Assembly: GCA_964581775.1 (NCBI GenBank)
Contig: CAZOQA010000004.1
Span: 3,786-67,785, forward strand
DNA: 64,000 nucleotides
Direction: 5' to 3'
From: an uncultured Thermoplasmatales archaeon
GTDB taxonomy: Archaea > Thermoplasmatota > SW-10-69-26
The notes beneath the pieces are model-generated. The model saw nothing but the letters and a program-made list of their open reading frames with translations, made no database searches and was not told where the DNA came from. Shown piece after piece: positions 55,301 through 62,536 of this stretch; within the stretch, counting starts at the first letter, position 1; the number at the start of each line of letters is the position of its first letter. The position numbers and the translations under genes were made by a program.

Positions 55301-58300
55301 AACCCCTCCTCGCTGCCCGTGTCCCTCTCCGGCACGCTCACCCTGTCCTCCCCCGGCGGCGCGCTCCTTGAGGAGATCCCCTTCCCGGAACGCACCCTGG
55401 AGGCCTGGAGCGACGACACCGCCACCATGGAGCTGCCCCCCGTCGACGGCGAGCACGATCGCATCGTCGTGGAAGCCACCATCGAGGACACCAACGCCCG
55501 CGACGACTACCGGAGGACCACGCTGCACGAGGCCTCCAACATGGTCCCGTTCTTCTTCAACGACGAAGCAAGCGGCGTCACGCAGACGCTCGAGGCCGCC
55601 AAACCGGATCTGCCCGGCGCGTCCGGGGACGGTGTAGGCTGGATGATCGAGTCCGGCGGCGGCGACCGGGACATCACGCCGCTGGCGACGGACAGCCTCG
55701 ATGCACAAGGGCTCTACGACATGCTGCAAGAGGACGAGGACCCCCTGCTCGTCTTCCAGCACCAGCGCGACCTCGTCGGGGACGCCAGCGAGGACTCCGA
55801 CGGCGACTACAGCTACCTGGGAGCCGCCCTATGCTCCGGGTTCGAAAACTCAGAGCCGGACGAGGAAGACCCCTGCGTGCTGCTTGAAAGCGCCTGGGCC
55901 CCCGACCCCGCGGACGCGATGGCTTCGTCGACGGAAACCGACCCAAACACCGGGGAATCCTGGGACGAGTGCACCGAGGAGGGCCAAGACGAACCCGACC
56001 CGAACCTCGTCGCGTACGGGATCAACGGGCCCGGCCACGGCGTGCTCGGAGACAGCACGGGCGTGATCCGCCCCAGCGTCCTCGGCGCGTGGGAGACCGC
56101 CGCGTTCGAGATCCCGGAAAGCGCCGTGGACACCGTCGCACCCAGCGGGGACTGGCCCGTGCACTTCCGCATCTTCCTGGGCGAGTGCAGCACCGAGAAG
56201 CCCAGCACGGTCGTCGTGGACGACGTGGGCCTGGCAAGCGCCCGCCCCGTCTTGGACATCGGAGCCCAGGACGTGCCCATCTGGCCGGGAAGCGAGAAAC
56301 GGTACCCGTTCACGCTGGAGAACCGCGGCGCCGGAAGCGACATCTTCCGCGTGGTCCCCTCCCAAGAGGTCCCCGACGGCTGGCACGTCAGCATCGACGT
56401 TGACGGAGACACCGTGTACGACACGCGCACCGGTCAAGCCCGCCCCGTCGAGGTGGCCCAAGACGAGACCCTGGAAGGCGTCGCGCGCGTGCAAGCCCCC
56501 TCGGACGCGCGAGGCACGATTCAGGACCTGGCCCTGACCGCGTACGCCACGAACGCGCCCGGGTTGATGTCCTCCGGCGCCCTCAAGGCAAGCATCGAGC
56601 GCGTAAGCCCCTCCCAGCTCGAAGAAGACCCGCTCGCCGTCGCCGACCCCGGAGCCATCACGCTTCGCACCGAGCGCGTCGAGCTGCCCAACCTCGTCGT
56701 GCAAGACGACTCGATCACGGTCGAGAACGCCGAGATCGGACGCGAGACGAACATCCAGTTCCAGGTCGCCAACGAAGGCCTCCAACGCGCCGAGGACGTG
56801 CCCATCGCGGTCGCGATGCGAGGACCTAGCGGGTTCGAGACGCTGGCCAGCCCCAGCGGGGAAGACCCCGTACGGGAGACCGTGCAACCCGGCGCCACGA
56901 CCACGCTCACGTACACCTGGACGCCCCGAGAGGCCGGGGAGCACACGCTGCGCATCGTCGCCGACCCGGACCCCGGCGACGTGAACCTCCTGCTGGACGA
57001 CGAGGTCGAGCGCTTCTTCGGCGTCGCCCAAGAAAGCGCCGAGTGCAGCCCGCGCGAGGCCTGCCCCAACCTCCTCGACCACGCCTTCCAAGTCGAACCC
57101 CTCCAACAACCCGATCTGCGCCTGGACGTGCAAGGCGTGCCCGAGCGCATCGGCATCGGGGACGAGACCGAGCTCACCGTGATCGTCGAGAACGTGGGCG
57201 GACGCGCCGCCACGGACGCCACGCTCCGCTTGAGCGAGAACGGGCTGTTGCCCATCCTCGACAGCATGACCGTGGACCTTCCCCGCATCGAGCCCGGCGG
57301 CCAGGAGACCATCACGACCACGTGGGCCCCCGTCTCGCCGGGCGAGGGCCTCGTCATCGGCAGCGTGGAAGGCCCCGACGTGTACACCGGGCAACGGCCC
57401 GACGGGTCCAGCGCCAGCGAAGACAGCGACGTGGCCCTCCCCGTCGTCATCGACCGCCCCGACGTGGACGCCAGCCTCTCCGAGCCCATCCGCACCGAGC
57501 CCGGCACTTCGCACGCCGTGCTCCTCAACGTCACCAACGACGGCACCGCGCCCGTCGAGATCCTTCCCGAGACGGTGCACCGGGACGGCGTGTACCTGAG
57601 CCCCGTCGTGAACGCGCCCGTCGAGGTCCCGCCCGGCCAGTGGGAGACCGTGCCCGTGCTCGGGTTCGCCGAGATCGGCACGCCCCCCACGACGAGGGAG
57701 CTGCCCGTCCCGCTGAGCCAAGGCGACGCCACCGCGACCGTGACCGTGCTCGGCGCCGCCGACGCGCGCGTCGTCCTCGACGAGACCCCGCTCGAGCCCG
57801 GCACCGCGGACCTCCAAGCCCTCGTCACGAACCACGGCAACGTGCCCCTGGACGGGGAGATAAGGGTCCGAGGCGACGGGATCCGCGGGACCGCGAGCGT
57901 GGACATCGCGCCCGGGGACGCCGCGAACGTGACCGTGCCCGTCACGGTGCAACCCCGCGTGGAACCCGGCACCGTGAACGTGGCCACGCACGTGACGACG
58001 GACGACGAGGACCGCGTCACGCAGATCGACCGCTTGACGGTCGACGCGGCGCCCGCCGTCGACTTCGACCTGCGCGCCGACGAGGTGCCCTTGACCGGGT
58101 CCGCCCAGGGGCAGCTTGTGATCCGCAACGTGGGCAACATGCCCCTGGACGGTCGCGCCGTCCTCGACGGGCCGGTCTCCTTGAGCGGGTCCCCCATGCT
58201 GGACCTGGACCCGGCCGCGTCCACCGTGCTCCCGGTGACCTGGGTCTCCGGCACGGACCGCAACGGGACCGCCAGCGTGGAAACGCTCGACGGGGACACC

Positions 58301-58747
58301 GTCGGGACCACGCAGCTCTCCCCGAGCGATGTCAGCCCCCGCTTGGAGGTCAGCAACGTGGGCACCAGCCCCAGCGTGAACCTCGCCGAAGGCATGATCG
58401 TGCAAGTCGTGGGCACCGTCGAGAACACCGGCGTCGTGCCCCTGGAGAACCACACGCTGGGCGTCACCGTGGACGGCGAGCTCTACCAGACGTTCGAGAT
58501 CGACGACGTGCGTCCGGGCGAGGTCACGACCGCCAGCCACGAGCTCGAGCTCCCGAAAAGCGGCGAGATCACGCTGGGCCTGGTGGACCTGGCCGCCTTC
58601 CAACGCGGCGAGACCGCGGGCGCAGCCACCACCATCACCGCGGACGAGGCCTCGCTGGGCCTTGGCACCATGCTCGAGATCCCGAACCTTCCCGTCCTCG
58701 GCGTCGTCTCCATCGTCGGCGTCGCCGCGGGGGTGAAGCGCCGGTGA
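46331..58747 (+). CDS. giant anchored surface protein (about 4138 aa): signal peptide, three jelly-roll (MAM/choice-of-anchor-J-like) modules, PKD domain, many CARDB/NEW3-like Ig modules
   Basis: The start is TTG 46331, with AGGAGG at 46316-46321 and a TTGA overlap with the upstream stop. The alternative is GTG 46322 as in the track. The signal is NARLLVAALVVVGLPMIAIASAQD. A PKD segment is YRWDFDDADEGAGENVTHRYEDAGTYNVELTV. CARDB-like segments include PNLVVQDDSITVENAEIGRETNIQFQVANEG and PDLRLDVQGVPERIGIGDETELTVIVENVGG. The C-terminus is IPNLPVLGVVSIVGVAAGVKRR. Confidence 0.9.
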   Translation: MNARLLVAALVVVGLPMIAIASAQDTPDPGLPDVGEVPDPGEDAAFDEVFVVLDENACPIEDGFEADLLEGTTAWSSEHHPRASQDCVAQWGDGTYERGSKAALEATEMPTRHLAASNAPSQLVNDAAQTLIDNGVDPRIAAPVLAGFADGCEAAYAVGDTTAESAMNPAGDFCREVIQGSTMFLEVPEVPSGVGALYLDVSHAYQFSQPDDNQIAPDGAWVEARVPGEDYQRLDPVALYGPSEDGQGTLCGTSGPVTVILDNYIRNYDGGAIEESISSLEELYRPELPPEMADATPSILDPIPESEHEWRENCGGIVDQTYDQTLQTSQDTGEDETSSSSNQPPLQRISPYPGTIRGEGSGFVGSTVDETGEPRFIKHWFDLSPYAGETVEVRFLATGGAGLGTQEGGWWIDHANLRYSGPADDLSVRVDTPQDGDVLPSGRSQITPGGVLPVEFVVENLGRTPAGPATVEVSMAGAMQNVTVPELQPLDAYRAFAILPVPTAGDGEISAALAQRVPLEENAQNVPYADSFPANNEDTIEVSFDAVQDVELDIVEVQQDGSEFNVTVDVENQGNQPAMVPLEATLTPVDLSTRSPRTVDAQPQGIVASVMVPHSDEVNSYGVSDPTRSANVDLEVPNEGVWEIKLSSIAHDDADATTIVPFGEATPTAISNSLGRVLTGPTEEIPRGGFELVGETDDLDEQAAFLEDLRHPIDGPETRFVPIGQAAMGSAGEMLPEEWSPVRGENAAAWGNASIGGEDRDSCEVDAELADNTNIGGQVLNQQLGTVAGSLETVLCTANDLNETVGGACDQLRGQNETVGDACASTLPTDSIPEDLFGDLENEAGIRSPTDLRVPASLQAWNVRQNHVAIYGVGTDASDAESLDASDEESLRIQEDDDRVYIDFRHAGKLHWENERGAKAQLAIVPGGQVNLVEEMRSVENQTRQLTHDLGLPPEGQALVNTLLMDVFFQNVIQNTPDTRLPQDVCNGLNPGEDDGGDDGVGLVTQTLLTFCGDTQVVENVEPACDQADIVAAECDLTEHVDSTILHQSGQTEEDGVVVEWTQPVGWQTERVDITRIVEETTREDGLDEGFYVMFNLVTTSDLDTFLTSASADAPGEGDKAGAQTADTDAALTKAEATFGWERGTVPVWTVNEPRLERAAEDSDEPRARWCLSPNPDTEDISECETEKTLQPSDMRGWETFWLEDSARTAWSYEQRGGDPQSTSPGALVWEGGSGELIQTHDGLSVAIDQDERDPYSVLKSPVVDVSGYDQPVAQMNVQWGQSEAGTAYYGDDQELASLESRCDSESDAAQDSHVWAWTGWNVRVRPVNADGSLGEAQTVEPVGGYHACETDTDARVSVLFNGEAIYRSPNTYESTIVWEGSPVGVPGSDLGSTCGTGLEEATDPTQFCRDAELAFGHEEPVFAFPMPGWNEVAFDLSEFRGQQVQIEVHAFGLMAEEPGSLPRDPVPRGELRVDAFEVSEGNPPYDASLDHEDRSLIAPATEERFELDITNRGSDPIDRVDLRRTVVGPDGCQAVDPVVEPWTLLDPQTGEPGLPPGEEATIRNPQLAWNVPDDEGEIYERRLTVETGGSLAPSLAPEAILHPGEDGSVTAVFVDGDDCADDVELTVDELAGDANVDEDANTVTVDHEDEEDIETRSSIKVHATDAHGVESLPAYLTPVPPTGLQDPVPGFEATCDPLPDDPNHVAECTFDASELTQDPSDVIEEYRWDFDDADEGAGENVTHRYEDAGTYNVELTVAWDIDEDEEETASVDEWVTVNEDDPYQQLVRTVVEGTNIQGLLGLSDDEDDELEQLPDEGETEVEVLQSATREDGTGSAVRIAVDKPEDSMATRLVLPCETGAQCEGNMIGVTGFDDVLLQGLAPGHYIGYVMFGDQFAFSPVEFTVELEPDTGTDARPSDNTITLKSEIREDPSVRVESIDVPKLLPVGEEVQLDIQVTNDGNVPLEDVTTDVRISPFDLSVEADRIQRLDPGRTLTAQATVDLPRPGPATVSVATTAAAEDRGTVADEKGSGTVVVDRHVLSPEPGDHDHWDVDEVIQFGDGNRLPSNVNTTLPLAGQMDTASSPFSIFEINVSGTLEQAYDGLSVEWRPADAELNAQSRVPYKDLIRTEGYRVPGSNLQALFDEDADRDRLGIDCDPFIDTSDIANQEVPIAELSNPETYACHELPLGSNITASHKGGTPGNLTSAITGTPTLDLPGIETQQIRTSAADIPSTQRTVDTISASDWEEKDQMGGFTFEEDRSSLDSSSAFYLPTGTIAENAEHYSHELRVPLTVGEWCQLTTEMVPDRTPFRIVTEERRLFANQEAGTSGWDVNVRFETGDVGLATSTVIGDTIVDLEDPTTTGWESLEYDLPLGPLFAVATEDPVPIPGSLSGTDEDNCQVLEEEAADQKDRLSEAEIILELTSEQGPNEDALDVGWFVGSLEAPELGIDIGASESNHEARTCQEQAPPETWPPGNGQGYRTVYGCSEFATSGEPKRGSLEPGDEWVSDPLGSTERIQSIAFSGSTVVNDASENVVLLEALRSERPLEIDEPTENGLYSDLDDDETPEVLTTHPSGYEFGEFGDTDGEDWFRYVDAVALVDLRAGLDGEVLFDMHAENGDDIVAQVVAAPLEPGEAFGEEAPTRVEWTPLQVCEADAVSLTYPPTPLGAGPGEIVGPLDAYNTTLEDVEYTSEDDKQPLCADVSPVGGEVALIGIRLWMPTQDASVEIGDAEVNMDVPDPQQLRPQLRAMTDDTVHEGTLTIHDVSILSMPPAFSHNADVAFDEPVKWKGDEVLESNSTPSFTIHVDQPARQSTWDIQANVSFDVTVSSDANTDVESGTYAGFVDLPQSSYEGSQKLDVTWEMMRESVESYQHTNGTWDDEVDYLDWLADEPVLPSGDIAVDAIDVRVETELDALVDPVSDCPSSLEDLAKSTDVTCRQLATIVDEGRQATTSIDTERALPDDPGVRHVAVTPDRDSPVAVRTAHLELTNPSSLPVSLSGTLTLSSPGGALLEEIPFPERTLEAWSDDTATMELPPVDGEHDRIVVEATIEDTNARDDYRRTTLHEASNMVPFFFNDEASGVTQTLEAAKPDLPGASGDGVGWMIESGGGDRDITPLATDSLDAQGLYDMLQEDEDPLLVFQHQRDLVGDASEDSDGDYSYLGAALCSGFENSEPDEEDPCVLLESAWAPDPADAMASSTETDPNTGESWDECTEEGQDEPDPNLVAYGINGPGHGVLGDSTGVIRPSVLGAWETAAFEIPESAVDTVAPSGDWPVHFRIFLGECSTEKPSTVVVDDVGLASARPVLDIGAQDVPIWPGSEKRYPFTLENRGAGSDIFRVVPSQEVPDGWHVSIDVDGDTVYDTRTGQARPVEVAQDETLEGVARVQAPSDARGTIQDLALTAYATNAPGLMSSGALKASIERVSPSQLEEDPLAVADPGAITLRTERVELPNLVVQDDSITVENAEIGRETNIQFQVANEGLQRAEDVPIAVAMRGPSGFETLASPSGEDPVRETVQPGATTTLTYTWTPREAGEHTLRIVADPDPGDVNLLLDDEVERFFGVAQESAECSPREACPNLLDHAFQVEPLQQPDLRLDVQGVPERIGIGDETELTVIVENVGGRAATDATLRLSENGLLPILDSMTVDLPRIEPGGQETITTTWAPVSPGEGLVIGSVEGPDVYTGQRPDGSSASEDSDVALPVVIDRPDVDASLSEPIRTEPGTSHAVLLNVTNDGTAPVEILPETVHRDGVYLSPVVNAPVEVPPGQWETVPVLGFAEIGTPPTTRELPVPLSQGDATATVTVLGAADARVVLDETPLEPGTADLQALVTNHGNVPLDGEIRVRGDGIRGTASVDIAPGDAANVTVPVTVQPRVEPGTVNVATHVTTDDEDRVTQIDRLTVDAAPAVDFDLRADEVPLTGSAQGQLVIRNVGNMPLDGRAVLDGPVSLSGSPMLDLDPAASTVLPVTWVSGTDRNGTASVETLDGDTVGTTQLSPSDVSPRLEVSNVGTSPSVNLAEGMIVQVVGTVENTGVVPLENHTLGVTVDGELYQTFEIDDVRPGEVTTASHELELPKSGEITLGLVDLAAFQRGETAGAATTITADEASLGLGTMLEIPNLPVLGVVSIVGVAAGVKRR

Positions 58748-61700
58748 GACAAGGCGCCATCGTGCTCTTGGGCCTGCTCATCACGCTTCCCCTCGCCATG
58801 CCGGGCGCGATCGCGCAAGAAGCCCCCGGCACGGGCCCCCCCGACGACTGGGAACCCTGGCTGGACGAGGACCTGATCACGCGCGTGCCCCTCGAGGTCA
58901 CCACGGGCCAGCACTACCCGCCCGACTGGGACGGGCCCCGCCTGATCGCGTACGAGCTGGACGTCAACCAGGTCCTCGCCGACGCGGGCTGGCCCACCGA
59001 CCGCGGCCAACCCGTCGACTTCACGCTCGACCCGGATAGCATCCGCGTGGTCCCCCAAGGCGTCGCGGACCCCCAGCCCGTGCCCATGGTCACCTGGCAA
59101 GGGTCCCTGCTGACCGAGGGAGCCTTGGGCCCCACCGTCACGATCGCGTTCCTGGCCGAGCCCGGCCTGGACGCGTACCACGTGTACTTCGACCGGACCG
59201 AGGACGGGGACGAGCACGAGCCCGTGGCCCGCGACGCCGTCGAAGAGCAACGCATCCTTCAACTGCTCGCCGGGCACGGCAGCGGGCACGAGCTCGTCGC
59301 GCCCCTGGCCACGGAGGAGGAAGCCACCGTCGCGATCACCAGCGAGCACGCCACGCCCCTCCAGGTCGAGCACGTGACGCCCCAGGGGTCCAGCATCGTC
59401 TCCTGCAGCTCCACCCACGTAGGCCCCGGCACCTGGTCCGAGTGCGAGATCGGGACCGGCGGGGACGTGCACGCCGTGCGCGTCACCGCGGAAGCCCCCG
59501 TCACCGCGTACGCCTGGACGGGGAGCCCCGACTCGGGCACCGAGCACGCGATGGTGCCCCTCTCGGGCAGCCAGGGCACCCCGAACGGCGCGATCCTTCA
59601 CGCGCCCGCCCTCCGCAGTGGCACCACGCCCGTGAACCTGATCAGCGTGCAAGGCACCTGCGAGGCGACCGTGGGCTCCACGACCCTGCAAGTGGGCCCC
59701 GATACGCCCACGAGCGTGTCCATCCAGGATCACGAGACCGTGGACGCCGAGTGCCCCCTGCTCGGATGGATCCCCGGCCGCGGCCCCGCCACGCCGCCGG
59801 TCAGCGTGAACCAGACCCTCACCAAGAGCGCCGTCACGAGCACCGGGCACGCGCCCGGGTCCTGCGGCATCCAGCAGACCGTCGCCGCCGTGGGCGACCG
59901 CCACGCGAACGTGGTCCGCGTCGACACGAGCGTGCAAGAGGAGGACGTGCGCTCGCTGTCCCGCCCCACCGACGCGGTCCCCCACCGCTTGGACCACGAG
60001 CAGATGCGCGCGGCGGACTGGCCCGCGCTCGAGGACGCCCAAGGCACCGGGTACACCGTGCTCAACCAAGGCGACACCGCCTGGCCCAGCCTGTGGGACC
60101 CCGAGGAGGGCGCCTTCCAGCTGGCCCCCACGCGCACCGGCAGCATCGGCTGGATCGGCGCCGCCAACGCGGAGGAGTGCGACGTTGAGCTTCGGTTGGC
60201 CGCCGTTCCCTTCTCGGGGAACCCCCGCGTCGAGTTCGCCGCGCACGGCGAGCGCCTCCCCCCCGACGTGATGGGCCCCTTCACCGTGAGCCAAGCCTTC
60301 ACCCACCAGGAGGAACCCAACGACCCGACCGAGATCCCCGACACGGGGAGCCTCGTCGAGACGGGCCTTCGGGGGGACGTGGCCCTCACGGCCGGGTTCG
60401 CCCTCGTGGGCGACCAGGCCATCCCCACCGCGTTCGCCTCGCACCTTCGCCCCATGACCGTGGACGAGGGCCAGGCCGACGTGATCGGGCCCCTGTTCGA
60501 CCTGCAGCTTGAACCCACGGCCCGCATCTCGCCCCCCGGCGAGGTGCAAACCTTCACCCTCACCGGGCAAGGCCAACACCTGGCCCCCACCGGCGAGGTC
60601 ACACCGCTCGAGGTCAACCTGAACGCGGAGAGCATCACGCAAACCGAGGGCGTCCCGGACGTCGAGCACGACCTGGGGACCATCCAAGCCCAGCTCCCCC
60701 TCGACGAGCCTGGGGAGGTGACCACGCTCACCGTGACCGCGCCCAACGACGTGCCCCACGACACGACGCCCACGTACGAGCTGCTCATCACGGGCGAACC
60801 CGTGGACGGCGGGGACGCCGTGCCCGCGCGCGCCACGCTGCAAGTCGTGCCCGACCGCGAGCTCAGCCTCACCTTCTCCGACGGGAGCCAGCTTCAAGAC
60901 CTGACCACCGAGGACGGCGAAGCCTCGGCCTCGCTCGTGCTCTCGAACGAAGGCACCGCCGTCGAGGACGTGGACCTGTCCACCGTCGTGCCCGGGGACC
61001 TTGCCTGGGAGGTGGACGTGCGCGACCCGTCCACGGGCGAACCGTTCCCCAACGACGTCGTCACGGAGCTCCCGCCCGGCGAGGAGCAACAGCTGGACCT
61101 GGAGGTGACCGTCCCCGGGGAGGCCTCTCGCGTCGTGGACGTGACCGTCGTCGCGCAAAGCCTCGAGGATGCAAGCGTCACGAGCGAGGCCACCGCGCGC
61201 GTCGCGCACGGCATCGACGTGAACGTGGACGGGCTCGTGGACCCGGACCTGATCACGCTTCGACCCGGCTCCAGCGAGCAAGCCAACCTGACGCTCGAGA
61301 ACCGAGGAAGCGAGGTCTCCGTCCAGGTGAGCCCTGAGGCAGAGGGCGCCCTCGTCGTCGAGGCCGCGGACGATCGCGTGAACCTTGGACCCGAGGGCAC
61401 GCCGCGCGCCAACGCGACGGTGCCGCTGAACGTGACCGCTGCCAGCGATGCCCCCATCGGGGCCGTCGTCGTGGCCACGATCACGCTGAACGTGCACGTG
61501 GGCGACTTGGACCCCATCGAGCAACTGTTGAGCCTGCGCCTTCGCGTGGTCCCCGACCACGGCCTGACCGCCGTGGAACCCATCGAGGTGCTGCCCGGGC
61601 TCAAGGAGCCCACGAACGTGACCGTGCGCGCCACCGGCGACGCGGACGAGCGCGTGGACCTGTCTCTTCTATCCGCGCCCCGCGGCTGGACCATCGAGCA

Positions 61701-62535
61701 CCCCGCGAACGTGACCGTGCCCCACAACACGACCGCGCCGGTCGAGCTGAACATCACCACGCCCGAGGCCACCGAGCCTGGCACGTACGATGTGGGGTTC
61801 AGGGGCCTGCCCGGGGACGGCACCGAGCCCTTCTCGTTCCGCACGCAGGTCATCGTGCCCGAGACGCCCGCGTTCGAGCTCAGGCTCCCCTCACCGCCTC
61901 CCTTGGGCGTGGGGGCCGAAGAGACCTTCCCGATGACGATCCGCAACGTCGGCAACGTGCCCGGGAACGCGACCATCGAGACCAACGCGAGCATCGTGGA
62001 CGCTGTCCCGCGACCCGCCACGCCCTCCCAACTGGCCCCCGGGCACGAGGAGCGCCTGCAGCTCGTGCTCCGCGCTCAAAGCCCCGGGAACGACACGGTC
62101 CAGTTCGACCTCACGCCCGGGCAAGACGCGACCCTGCCCGTGGACGTGGGCCTCGTGGACCTGTCCCTGGAGCTGGTCAGCGTCACGCCCAACCCCCCCA
62201 GCGAAGGCGAGCCCGTGCAAGCCGTGGTCAGCCTCTCCAACGAGGGCACGGTGCAAGCGCGCAACGTGAACGTGAGCGTCATGAGCGGGACGCAAGCCCT
62301 GCACACGGAGAACGTGGCCCGCCTGGACCCCGGCTCCCAGGTGTCGATGACGCTCGCCATGAACGAGCTCCCCACCACGCAAGGCTTAAGCGTGCACGCC
62401 GACCCTGACGGCGTCTACGACCAGGAGGATCCCACGAGCCGCGAGGCCGCCCTGTCCCCGGACGAAGCGCCCAGCCTCCCCCTGGCGCTTGTCGTCCTGA
62501 CGGGCACCCTGGCGGCGATCCTACGGAGGACGTGA
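58744..62535 (+). CDS. large anchored surface protein (1263 aa) with CARDB/NEW3-like Ig modules
   Basis: The GTG at 58744 overlaps the upstream stop (GTGA). The signal is RQGAIVLLGLLITLPLAMPGAIAQE. Modules include LTLENRGSEVSVQVSP, LSAPRGWTIEHPANVTVPHNTTAPVELNITTPEATEPGTYDV and VDLSLELVSVTPNPPSEGEPVQAVVSLSNEG. The C-terminus is APSLPLALVVLTGTLAAILRRT. The part of the track ORF upstream of 58744 is out-of-frame overlap. Confidence 0.85.
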   Translation: MRQGAIVLLGLLITLPLAMPGAIAQEAPGTGPPDDWEPWLDEDLITRVPLEVTTGQHYPPDWDGPRLIAYELDVNQVLADAGWPTDRGQPVDFTLDPDSIRVVPQGVADPQPVPMVTWQGSLLTEGALGPTVTIAFLAEPGLDAYHVYFDRTEDGDEHEPVARDAVEEQRILQLLAGHGSGHELVAPLATEEEATVAITSEHATPLQVEHVTPQGSSIVSCSSTHVGPGTWSECEIGTGGDVHAVRVTAEAPVTAYAWTGSPDSGTEHAMVPLSGSQGTPNGAILHAPALRSGTTPVNLISVQGTCEATVGSTTLQVGPDTPTSVSIQDHETVDAECPLLGWIPGRGPATPPVSVNQTLTKSAVTSTGHAPGSCGIQQTVAAVGDRHANVVRVDTSVQEEDVRSLSRPTDAVPHRLDHEQMRAADWPALEDAQGTGYTVLNQGDTAWPSLWDPEEGAFQLAPTRTGSIGWIGAANAEECDVELRLAAVPFSGNPRVEFAAHGERLPPDVMGPFTVSQAFTHQEEPNDPTEIPDTGSLVETGLRGDVALTAGFALVGDQAIPTAFASHLRPMTVDEGQADVIGPLFDLQLEPTARISPPGEVQTFTLTGQGQHLAPTGEVTPLEVNLNAESITQTEGVPDVEHDLGTIQAQLPLDEPGEVTTLTVTAPNDVPHDTTPTYELLITGEPVDGGDAVPARATLQVVPDRELSLTFSDGSQLQDLTTEDGEASASLVLSNEGTAVEDVDLSTVVPGDLAWEVDVRDPSTGEPFPNDVVTELPPGEEQQLDLEVTVPGEASRVVDVTVVAQSLEDASVTSEATARVAHGIDVNVDGLVDPDLITLRPGSSEQANLTLENRGSEVSVQVSPEAEGALVVEAADDRVNLGPEGTPRANATVPLNVTAASDAPIGAVVVATITLNVHVGDLDPIEQLLSLRLRVVPDHGLTAVEPIEVLPGLKEPTNVTVRATGDADERVDLSLLSAPRGWTIEHPANVTVPHNTTAPVELNITTPEATEPGTYDVGFRGLPGDGTEPFSFRTQVIVPETPAFELRLPSPPPLGVGAEETFPMTIRNVGNVPGNATIETNASIVDAVPRPATPSQLAPGHEERLQLVLRAQSPGNDTVQFDLTPGQDATLPVDVGLVDLSLELVSVTPNPPSEGEPVQAVVSLSNEGTVQARNVNVSVMSGTQALHTENVARLDPGSQVSMTLAMNELPTTQGLSVHADPDGVYDQEDPTSREAALSPDEAPSLPLALVVLTGTLAAILRRT

Positions 62536-62536
62536 G

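Noticed and set aside
38334-61560. Many long minus-strand ORFs inside the giant genes (38334..39767, 41856..43583, 43608..45140, 44126..45781, 48809..51562, 51761..52882, 52892..54757, 55850..58603, 58483..61560)
   Set aside because: All are antisense to plus-strand frames that carry recognisable PKD, FN3 or CARDB modules and strong third-position C/G bias. Their products are G/V/A/R/H-rich with no signal peptides or motifs.
36643-62535. The hypothesis that the giant genes are fragments of one frameshifted mega-gene (a pseudogene)
   Set aside because: Each segment starts with its own SD plus signal peptide and ends with its own hydrophobic anchor plus RR before the stop. That is the expected structure of independent secreted proteins, not of frameshift fragments.
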